Shown in pieces: positions 7,783 to 14,229 of a stretch of 32,000 nucleotides of DNA. This DNA comes from a bacterium (GTDB taxonomy: Bacteria; CG03), in contig JBDRRS010000007.1 in the NCBI GenBank assembly GCA_043825615.1, forward strand, positions 1-32,000, read 5' to 3'. The notes beneath the pieces were generated by a model, which saw only the letters and a list, made by a program, of their open reading frames with translations, did no database searches and was not told where the DNA came from. The translations under genes and the position numbers were made by a program. Numbering within the stretch: the first letter of the stretch is position 1; each line of letters opens with the position of its first letter.

Positions 7783-9693
7783 TCAAAAACTGTAGTACAG
7801 GCGGAAAAGGACGCCGGAAGAATCGTAATCGTCCGAATCGTCCTTCGTTTTGTTCCCTTCAAAAGTGTAGCCGCCCGTCAGAGAAAGATTTTTCTTCACC
7901 TTGTAAGTCACTTCGGCGGAGTAATTCGTCGTGTCCGTTAAAATGTCCTCTGCGGAAAGAGGCGTCGGCAGTTTTTCCCTTGTGGTGAGCGACCCGTATA
8001 TGAAAAAACCTAAGTCGCGGGTTATGCTGATGTTTGAGCCGAGCGAAAAAGACGTTATTTCGTCCTCGGAACAGTCGTTAAGATTTTTTGTATTATTTGC
8101 GGTATATCCGAGGTCAACGGAAACCGCGGCAATTATTTTACCCGAATATGTCACCGAAAACCCGTTCGTATCCAGGTCATTGCCGGTCGCGGTGGATGCA
8201 TAATTCCGGAACTGCGAGCGCGAAAAATTTGCGGCGACCACCTGGTTTTTGAAACAATAATTAATCCCGCAGCTGAGACCCGCTGTTTCGTTGTTCAGCA
8301 CCGTCAAGGAACTTCCCTCAACTTTGTTTATGCTGGATGCCGCGCTGATTCCGGGAAGGCCCGAAGGCGTAAGCTGTATGCCGCCCTGCAAAATTGTCTG
8401 GTCCGTCGTAACCACTTCGGGGTCGTTGTCAAGATTATCTTCGGTCGCCTGGTATCCGCAATTCAATCTCAAAAATGCAACAGGATAATAATTAAGAGAG
8501 GTGTCCATGCCTGCCCTGTCGGGATAAATTCCCGGGCTTGCTAAATTCAGGAAATCGGGTTCTATTCTCTGATATTTGCCGCGCACATCAAAGGTCTTGC
8601 GGTAAACCCGCATTTCAAATCTGTAGGCCGTTCCCGGCGTTGACGCGCTGTTTTCATAAGACAGCGACGACGGGTTATAGAAATTTTCCTGACGGCCGCT
8701 GCGGGCGTACTCCCCCTGCACATTCAGGAAAGAACACGACCACTGGAGTTCGGAACTCATAACGGTGTTATCCACCGCCTGATTGGAAGGGCCGGGATTG
8801 CTGACGGAACTTTCCGAATCATACGTCGTCACGCCGGATACTTTTAGACCGAAGTCGGCGGGCAATTTTACTTTTGCGCTCATGCCTCCCGTATATCTCG
8901 CATACACGCCGTTGGTTGAGGCGTCGCCCTCCGCCGCCTCCTGCGTCCTTATGTAACACCCCGAAAAATCGGTATAATCCGTCCTGTAATTCAGATTCGT
9001 CCCGCGTCCTGTAAGAGAATAAATTGACAAAGGAGAAAAATCGGGCATGACGTCTCCTGCGGACAACTTATACCTGTCTGAAAAAACCGAAAGAAAAAGC
9101 ATATCAAGATCGAAACTGTCGTCTTCCGTTGAGTACGCATTCGAGTTGAAAATCAGAGTTTTCCCGTAAATTCTTCCTAAAAGATTCGTCGCCAGAGACC
9201 CCTGATAACCGCTCCTCTGCGTATTTTTATACGATAAAGAAACATTGCCGTTCAGAAAAACGGGCCGCACCGGTTTTTTCTCCAGCGCCGACGCCTTTAC
9301 ATTAAAATCGTAAAAATCACTCGTCAGGATGTTCTGCCCTTTTTTGTAAAGCATCACGCGATACCGGTACCTCCCCGTATAGGAAGAGGGTATTCCGTAA
9401 GTTACAAGCAGGAGCGTCGAACCGCCGGGCTGCACTTCCCCGCTTATGTTTTCCGGCGGCGTTTTCTGAATGTAATTACCCTCCGAATCAAACAGTTCAA
9501 TGCGGCAGTTTACATCTGCCGGCGGCCATTTTACCGTCTCCATATTCAGAAGAATAACCTGAAAAGTAATGTTTTCGCCCGCTTTGGCGGGGTCGGGAGC
9601 GGCGACGGAGAGCTGTATCTGCGCCGGCGACTGGGCGAAAATAATACGGGCAAGAAAAAAAACGCACAAAAAAATATAAAATCTGTTCTTCAT
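7783..9693 (-). CDS. Outer-membrane beta-barrel protein with an N-terminal Ig-like domain (636 aa); last gene of the stator operon
   Basis: Signal peptide MKNRFYIFLCVFFLARIIFA-QSP. An all-beta domain of about 110 aa follows (ITFQVILLN...RYRYRVMLYKKG). The remainder is long and rich in alternating aromatic/Gly residues and ends ...GVLFRLYYSF, the aromatic C-terminal residue typical of OMPs. There is a 2-nt gap to the upstream gene. Confidence 0.7.
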   Translation of the reverse strand: MKNRFYIFLCVFFLARIIFAQSPAQIQLSVAAPDPAKAGENITFQVILLNMETVKWPPADVNCRIELFDSEGNYIQKTPPENISGEVQPGGSTLLLVTYGIPSSYTGRYRYRVMLYKKGQNILTSDFYDFNVKASALEKKPVRPVFLNGNVSLSYKNTQRSGYQGSLATNLLGRIYGKTLIFNSNAYSTEDDSFDLDMLFLSVFSDRYKLSAGDVMPDFSPLSIYSLTGRGTNLNYRTDYTDFSGCYIRTQEAAEGDASTNGVYARYTGGMSAKVKLPADFGLKVSGVTTYDSESSVSNPGPSNQAVDNTVMSSELQWSCSFLNVQGEYARSGRQENFYNPSSLSYENSASTPGTAYRFEMRVYRKTFDVRGKYQRIEPDFLNLASPGIYPDRAGMDTSLNYYPVAFLRLNCGYQATEDNLDNDPEVVTTDQTILQGGIQLTPSGLPGISAASSINKVEGSSLTVLNNETAGLSCGINYCFKNQVVAANFSRSQFRNYASTATGNDLDTNGFSVTYSGKIIAAVSVDLGYTANNTKNLNDCSEDEITSFSLGSNISITRDLGFFIYGSLTTREKLPTPLSAEDILTDTTNYSAEVTYKVKKNLSLTGGYTFEGNKTKDDSDDYDSSGVLFRLYYSF

Positions 9694-9695
9694 CT

Positions 9696-10400
9696 TTATG
9701 CGATAAAAGCAATCCCTGCAAAAATAAAAGCGGGAAACAAAACGCTTCCGAGAATCCTGTTGAACACGGGAAAATTAAAATCATATCTCTTCAGAGCTGC
9801 GGCCGAGCAGAGAAACAAAACAAGCGGGCCCGCGAACACGTTTCCCCCGCAGTCGGCCCAGATATTCCTTCTCACGAGGATAAAGAAAAAAAGAGCGCTT
9901 CCGGAAATCAGCAGCAAAATTATTCTTGAAACATTAAAACCTGCGCCGGAAAAAACATGGACCGCATGATAAAGCGCCTCGGATTTGTAAAAAAGAAAAC
10001 TGAAAACCGCTATAAAAACGCCCGCTGTGACATAGAAATAATTCAATTTGAGATGAACTTTGAGAACGCGTAAATAGAAATTGTATAAAATTTTCTTGAT
10101 GTCGCGCTTCTCCGCCTTTTGCTCGGAGGTTTTAAGAAGCCGTTTCTTAAAATTGTCGATAACCGGAGACGTAACCTCGTAAGACATCACCTCGCGGAGT
10201 TCTTTATCCGTTGACTCATCCCCCGAAGAGATGGATTCCATCGCGCGCCGGCGCTCTTCGCCGGCTTTTTTCGTGTCATCCGCCCGGCGGGCCAGCGACG
10301 ACTGCAGAACACCCGCCTTCTTTTTTATAATACCCTGAATTTTCCCGCCGAAAATGGCAATTCCGCAAAGAACAATAACAAAAACTACTCTGAATTTCAT
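9696..10400 (-). CDS. Polytopic inner-membrane protein, no recognised family (234 aa)
   Basis: N-terminal TM (FRVVFVIVLCGIAIFGG), a charged segment of about 90 aa, then about 4 C-terminal TM helices. Stop/start junctions are 2 nt on both sides. Confidence 0.6.
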   Translation of the reverse strand: MKFRVVFVIVLCGIAIFGGKIQGIIKKKAGVLQSSLARRADDTKKAGEERRRAMESISSGDESTDKELREVMSYEVTSPVIDNFKKRLLKTSEQKAEKRDIKKILYNFYLRVLKVHLKLNYFYVTAGVFIAVFSFLFYKSEALYHAVHVFSGAGFNVSRIILLLISGSALFFFILVRRNIWADCGGNVFAGPLVLFLCSAAALKRYDFNFPVFNRILGSVLFPAFIFAGIAFIA

Positions 10401-10402
10401 AA

Positions 10403-10711
10403 TTACATCAAACCCGCCGTCCTGCCCACGTCATGGATAAAAGCCAAACCGTTGCCGGGTTTATCAAGTTTCCCGACGGCAACAATCCTGTCGAAGACCT
10501 CATCAACACGCTCGCCGGGAACAACCGTCATAAAGACCTCTTTTTCCGGATTTATGAAAGCCCTCCTGAAAAAACCGAGTTTCTGCCTGACCCCCGTTCC
10601 CCGCGCGTAGAAAATCGTCGCGCCCGAAACATTCATTTTCAAAATTTCCTTCACAATTTTATTGGCTTTTCCCCTGTCCACAACGCACGTAATCAATTTC
10701 AGATTCTCCAT
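10403..10711 (-). CDS. P-II-like (GlnB-fold) small signalling protein, copy 2 (102 aa)
   Basis: It aligns by eye to GlnB topology: b1 KLITCVV, a1, b2 GATIFYARGTG, a short T-loop-like VRQKLGFFRRAFINPEK, b3 EVFMTVV, a2, b4 GLAFIHDV. It is a paralogue of the adjacent gene. Confidence 0.6.
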   Translation of the reverse strand: MENLKLITCVVDRGKANKIVKEILKMNVSGATIFYARGTGVRQKLGFFRRAFINPEKEVFMTVVPGERVDEVFDRIVAVGKLDKPGNGLAFIHDVGRTAGLM

Positions 10712-10770
10712 TCATCCTCCGTCATATTTACTCTTTTATACTGCACTGTGAAAATGACCGTTGCCTTTTA

Positions 10771-11085
10771 TTAATCCCTCTTGTAAAACCCGAACGCCTT
10801 CTCCACGTCCTGAACAAAAACAAAACCCCTCGCCGTTTCCTTCAGATTGGCAAGTTCAATAATTCTGCCGAACATATCATCCGTTTTTTCCTCCGGCACA
10901 ACCGTCATAAAGACATCTTTTTCCGGCTCTATCAACCTTCCCTTAAGCCCGATTTTCTCCCTCACTCCCGTTCCGACGCCGCGGAAACTCGTCACGCCAG
11001 AAATGCCCATTTTCAAAATTTCCTTTATTATACCGTCCGCTTTTCCCTGCTCTACAATGCACGTTATCAACTTATACTTTTCCAT
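10771..11085 (-). CDS. P-II-like (GlnB-fold) small signalling protein, copy 1 (104 aa)
   Basis: MEKYKLITCIVEQGKADGIIKEILKMGISGVTSFRGVGTGVREKIGLKGRLIEPEKDVFMTVVPEEKTDDMFGRIIELANLKETARGFVFVQDVEKAF follows the same b-a-b-b-a-b pattern as GlnB (MKKIEAII...GMTVTEVKGFGRQKG...KIEIVV...GKIFVFDV). Confidence 0.6.
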   Translation of the reverse strand: MEKYKLITCIVEQGKADGIIKEILKMGISGVTSFRGVGTGVREKIGLKGRLIEPEKDVFMTVVPEEKTDDMFGRIIELANLKETARGFVFVQDVEKAFGFYKRD

Positions 11086-11098
11086 ATCTTCCTCCTTA

Positions 11099-11140
11099 TC
11101 AGGGCGGCGGGAGGCTTGCCCCGTTGGGGGTGGCGTCCAT
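11099..11140 (-). promoter_or_regulatory. Intercistronic micro-ORF MDATPNGASLPPP* (13 codons) between the TPR gene and P-II copy 1
   Basis: Its ATG (11140-11138) shares one base with the TPR TAA stop (TAATG). It ends CCG CCG CCC TGA, followed by TAAGGAGGAAGAT and then ATG 11085. It is homologous to the element at 14202-14228. Confidence 0.35.
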
Positions 11141-12012
11141 TACCGCAGACCTCCCTTCTTTCTTTTCCTTTCCTGCTTCTCCAGCGATTTAAGGAACTTT
11201 TTTATGTCCTTATTATCAGGATTTATCTTCAGCGCATCTTCCCAGTTTTTTTTCGCCGCGGAAAAATTTTTAAGCGCGTAATAAGCCGAGCCCCTTCTCA
11301 TCAGGGCAAGCTCCTTGTTTTCGTCCAGCGCCAGAGCTCTGTCGCAGGCAATAATCGCCCCCGTATAATCCGCCTTATAAATGGAATCCAGCGAACTCTG
11401 GAGCAGCTGATGCAGCAAATCCATTCCTTCTATGAGTTTTATCTTGGACCTTTCTTCGGGATAAACGCTTTCAAAATAAGAAAGAATGCCGGTTATCTGT
11501 TCCCGCCGGCGGTCGTCCTTATTTATCTGTCCCGCGTATATCAGCGCGTCAAAAATCAAACCCGGTTTTTTCTCCAGATACGCCACGATGCCTTTTCTCA
11601 CATACTGCAAGACCTTATCCTGACCGGAAGAGTCCTTTACCAGCGAAGAAATTTTTTCAAGTTTTTCTTTTTTTTCAGCGACGCCGGGATAAGTCGGGTC
11701 AATGTCCATTATGCGTTTAGCCGTATCGGAAGCCGCAAACCACCTGCCTGCCATTATCTGTTCTTCAAACGCCCTGACTTTCGGATTGAGTTCGTCCTCT
11801 ATCTTCTGTCTGATGAACTTTATCATCTTTAACGGCGGTGTCTGCTCCGGGTCAATTTCAAGAATTCTCTGCCAGCAGCGTATTGCATCGCTGTATTTCC
11901 CCGCCGTGTAATATTTTACGGCGGAATTATACAGACCTTTTATGTCTTCTCCGGCAAAAGCAATAATGGGGACGGTTCCTAATATGCACAATCCCACCAA
12001 TTTCTTAAACAT
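11140..12012 (-). CDS. Periplasmic TPR-repeat protein (about 290 aa)
   Basis: Signal peptide MFKKLVGLCILGTVPIIAFA-GE. TPR-like helices follow (YNSAVKYYTAGKYSDAIRCWQRILEIDPEQ; MRRGSAYYALKNFSAAKKNWEDALKINPDN). The track start at 12015 is TTG, and ATG at 12012 is more likely. Confidence 0.8.
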   Translation of the reverse strand: MFKKLVGLCILGTVPIIAFAGEDIKGLYNSAVKYYTAGKYSDAIRCWQRILEIDPEQTPPLKMIKFIRQKIEDELNPKVRAFEEQIMAGRWFAASDTAKRIMDIDPTYPGVAEKKEKLEKISSLVKDSSGQDKVLQYVRKGIVAYLEKKPGLIFDALIYAGQINKDDRRREQITGILSYFESVYPEERSKIKLIEGMDLLHQLLQSSLDSIYKADYTGAIIACDRALALDENKELALMRRGSAYYALKNFSAAKKNWEDALKINPDNKDIKKFLKSLEKQERKRKKGGLR

Positions 12013-12064
12013 CAATCGCCAAACTCCATTAAAATCATCTCCTCGGATAATTAGGAACCGTCCC
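11969..12064 (-). promoter_or_regulatory. Perfect 15-bp long-range stem (GGGACGGUUCCUAAU / AUUAGGAACCGUCCC) closing a 66-nt loop that contains the TPR gene SD and start codon
   Basis: Plus-strand 12050-12064 attaggaaccgtccc is the exact reverse complement of 11969-11983 gggacggttcctaat. The 5' arm begins with the last base of the upstream TAG stop (12066-12064). The 3' arm lies in TPR codons about 10-15. Confidence 0.5.
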
Positions 12065-12726
12065 TAATTCTTACTAATTCTTAAAATGCTTATTTCAATG
12101 CGGCGGTTCTGAGCCCGTCCTGATGCGGCGGCGTTATCCGCAACGGGATAATATTCGCCGAAACCGTAAGCGGAAAATCTTCCCGGATGTATTTTTTCAA
12201 CATCAATAAAATATTTTATAACGCTGAATGCCCGGAGGGTTGAAAGTTCGAAATTGCCGCCGGGCAGCTGCCTGAACGAAATATTATCGGTGTGCCCCGC
12301 AACATTTATTTTATTATCCGTTCCTTTTAAGACCTCTGCGACTTTATGCAAAGTCAGATGACTGCTTTTTTTAAGGTCGGAAGAACCCGAATCAAAAAGA
12401 ACGGGGCTCTCCATCATTATTCTTATTTTCCGCGCATCCATTTTGATGACGCCTTCGCCGTCCCTGAATATCTCCGATATTTTTTCAGCCATTTCAACAT
12501 CCTTCATAGAACTTTTTTCCCGCGAAACACCCGCCTGGAGACGCGCGATAACACCTTCGTATCTGACCCCCGACTTCAATGAAATGACATAAAGTATCAG
12601 AAAAAAAATCATACAGAGAAGCATCATCGTGCCGTAAGGCGTTTTCCACGAAGAGGGATCAAAACCCTTCCCGTATTTTACCGCCCTGTCGGTATGCCTT
12701 CTCCCTGAGCCTGCAATCACGCTCAT
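12064..12726 (-). CDS. MotB-like OmpA-domain protein lacking the conserved channel aspartate (220 aa)
   Basis: N-terminal TM WKTPYGTMMLLCMIFFLILY aligns with the neighbour's WLTVFCDMTTNLMLFFLLLY, with Thr at the Asp position. The C-terminal OmpA/MotB fold is present: VLFDSGSSDL...VAGHTDNISF...NFELSTLRAFSVIKYF...GFGEYYPVADNAAASGRAQNRRIEI. ATGA overlap with the upstream gene. Confidence 0.8.
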   Translation of the reverse strand: MSVIAGSGRRHTDRAVKYGKGFDPSSWKTPYGTMMLLCMIFFLILYVISLKSGVRYEGVIARLQAGVSREKSSMKDVEMAEKISEIFRDGEGVIKMDARKIRIMMESPVLFDSGSSDLKKSSHLTLHKVAEVLKGTDNKINVAGHTDNISFRQLPGGNFELSTLRAFSVIKYFIDVEKIHPGRFSAYGFGEYYPVADNAAASGRAQNRRIEISILRISKN

Positions 12727-13391
12727 TCAATATCCTGCTTGAGCAGCACAATTTCAATTCGCCGGTTTTTCTGGCGCGACGTCGGGGTCTCGTTGGAAAA
12801 CCTTGGAAAATACTCTCCGTATCCGGCGGCGACAAACCTTTCCGGCGGGAAACCCCTGCCGATAAAATAATCGATAACGTTTACCGCCCGGCGGGCGGAA
12901 AGTTCCCAGTTCGAACGGAAAAGAGCGCTCTTAATCGGCACATTATCCGTGTGTCCTTCGACAATCACTTTATCGTCCGTCATAGATAAAGTTCTCGCTA
13001 TTTCATTCAGTAATTTCTTCGTTTCATCTTTTACCAGCGCGCCGCCGGAATCAAAAAGCACCGGCGTGTTCAGGACAAGCCGTATCTGGCTTTCATTAAC
13101 CTCCAGGGTGGAGTATTTTTTAAGATTGCCTTTCTGAAGCAGTTCTTCCAAATTGCTCTGCGTTTCATCCTCCGCAAACTTTTTCAGAACATTATCCGCC
13201 TTATGTCTTAAGACCACATCCTTCTTCCCGGCGCTGCTCAGCGCGGAATGCATCTGGCGCTGCTGCGATTGGGAAAGGCGCGTAAAACCGTACAGCAGGA
13301 GAAAAAAAAGCATAAGATTCGTCGTCATATCGCAGAACACGGTAAGCCAGATGGGTTCTCTTTGAACTTTCCTGAACGCCTTAAAAATCAT
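12723..13391 (-). CDS. motB: MotB-type stator subunit with conserved TM aspartate and OmpA-like peptidoglycan-binding domain (222 aa)
   Basis: The TM WLTVFCDMTTNLMLFFLLLY carries the Asp (compare the canonical MotB motif ..yADlmTlLl.FF). C-terminal VLFDSGGALV...VEGHTDNVPI...NWELSARRAVNVIDYF...GYGEYFPRFSNETPTSRQKNRRIEI. Confidence 0.85.
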   Translation of the reverse strand: MIFKAFRKVQREPIWLTVFCDMTTNLMLFFLLLYGFTRLSQSQQRQMHSALSSAGKKDVVLRHKADNVLKKFAEDETQSNLEELLQKGNLKKYSTLEVNESQIRLVLNTPVLFDSGGALVKDETKKLLNEIARTLSMTDDKVIVEGHTDNVPIKSALFRSNWELSARRAVNVIDYFIGRGFPPERFVAAGYGEYFPRFSNETPTSRQKNRRIEIVLLKQDIE

Positions 13392-13418
13392 TTACAAATA
13401 TTCTGCGCGGCCCGTCTT

Positions 13419-14186
13419 TCATTTCTTCCGCTTCTCCCTGATGCGTTTTGAGAGAAACGCCTCAAGACGGTGCAAGGTTATGGACGGGACTTCCTGATTG
13501 AGTATTGATTCTATTCCTTCGGCTATCAGTTCCTTGGCAAGAATCTCATCGTTCGAGTACTCTCCGAGTTTCAGCGAAGCGGGTAAAAAAAGAAAATTCG
13601 CGCCGAAAATACCGTAAAATGTCGTCGTAACGGCAATAGCCATGGAAGCACCCATACTCGCCGGGTCCTGCAGATTTTTCAGAACCTGAATAACCCCTAT
13701 AAGCGTGCCCAGTAAACCGAATATGGGAGAAAAAGTAGCCATTGCCTGCAAGACCCCCGATGTCCTTTCATGCCTCTGGGCGACGGAAAAAATTTCCTGC
13801 CTCATGTTTTCAAGAATTATTTCCTTTTCCACGCCGTCGGATATTTTTTTAACGTTGGCGGAGAGGAATCTGTTCTTTGCCTGAACCGGCGAATCAGACA
13901 GAACCATAAAACCGTTTCTCTTAGCCGCGGCGGACAGAACCGCAATGTCTTTTACGAGTTTGTTTATATCCGTCGGAGGAGGAGGAAAAAGTATGAGTTT
14001 AACCGCAGACGGAACCTGCTTTATGCTGCGGAAAGGAAATGCAATTAACGTCGAACCGAGAGTCCCTCCGAACACAAGAATAGCGGCATCCAAATTAAAA
14101 AGGAGATAAACGACATCCCCGTGAAGCATGACCAAATAAACGGCGCCGGTTCCGAGAGCAAAACCAAGAACAGTCATCAGGTCCAT
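13419..14186 (-). CDS. motA: MotA/PomA-type stator channel protein (255 aa, 4 TM)
   Basis: Flagellar-type architecture: two N-terminal TMs, a large cytoplasmic loop, then TM3/TM4 ATFSPIFGLLGTLIGVIQ and MAIAVTTTFYGIFGANFLFLPASLKL carrying both conserved prolines. MotA-type C-terminal tail AEGIESILNQEVPSITLHRLEAFL. Confidence 0.9.
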   Translation of the reverse strand: MDLMTVLGFALGTGAVYLVMLHGDVVYLLFNLDAAILVFGGTLGSTLIAFPFRSIKQVPSAVKLILFPPPPTDINKLVKDIAVLSAAAKRNGFMVLSDSPVQAKNRFLSANVKKISDGVEKEIILENMRQEIFSVAQRHERTSGVLQAMATFSPIFGLLGTLIGVIQVLKNLQDPASMGASMAIAVTTTFYGIFGANFLFLPASLKLGEYSNDEILAKELIAEGIESILNQEVPSITLHRLEAFLSKRIREKRKK

Positions 14187-14201
14187 ATTTTTCCTTCCTT
14201 A

Positions 14202-14228
14202 TCAGGGCGGCGGGAGGGTGGCGTCCAT
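14202..14228 (-). promoter_or_regulatory. Intercistronic micro-ORF MDATLPPP* (8 codons) between the FliG-like gene and motA
   Basis: Its ATG 14228 lies 1 nt after the upstream TAA stop (14232-14230). It ends CCG CCG CCC TGA, followed by TAAGGAAGGAAAAAT and then ATG 14186. It shares ATGGACGCCACC...CTCCCGCCGCCCTGATAAGGA with 11099-11140. Confidence 0.35.
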
Positions 14229-14229
14229 A

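Noticed and set aside
10712-10770. Small out-of-frame ORF (MTEDEWRI*) overlapping the start of P-II copy 2
   Set aside because: It has no repetition or other support. The ATG lies inside the SD region, so it is most likely coincidental.
11116-11911. 238-aa and 69-aa plus-strand ORFs
   Set aside because: They are antisense to the TPR gene, which has a signal peptide and TPR motifs. The plus-strand translations show no motifs.
11140-14186. Interpretation of MotA / OmpA-like / TPR genes as a Tol-Pal (TolQ, Pal, CpoB), Ton (ExbBD) or Zorya (ZorAB) locus
   Set aside because: The channel protein is the 4-TM, 255-aa MotA/PomA type with the MotA C-terminal tail. The B subunits are MotB-like with OmpA domains, not ExbD/TolR. 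No TolA, TolB, TonB, ZorC/D or long ZorA tail is present.
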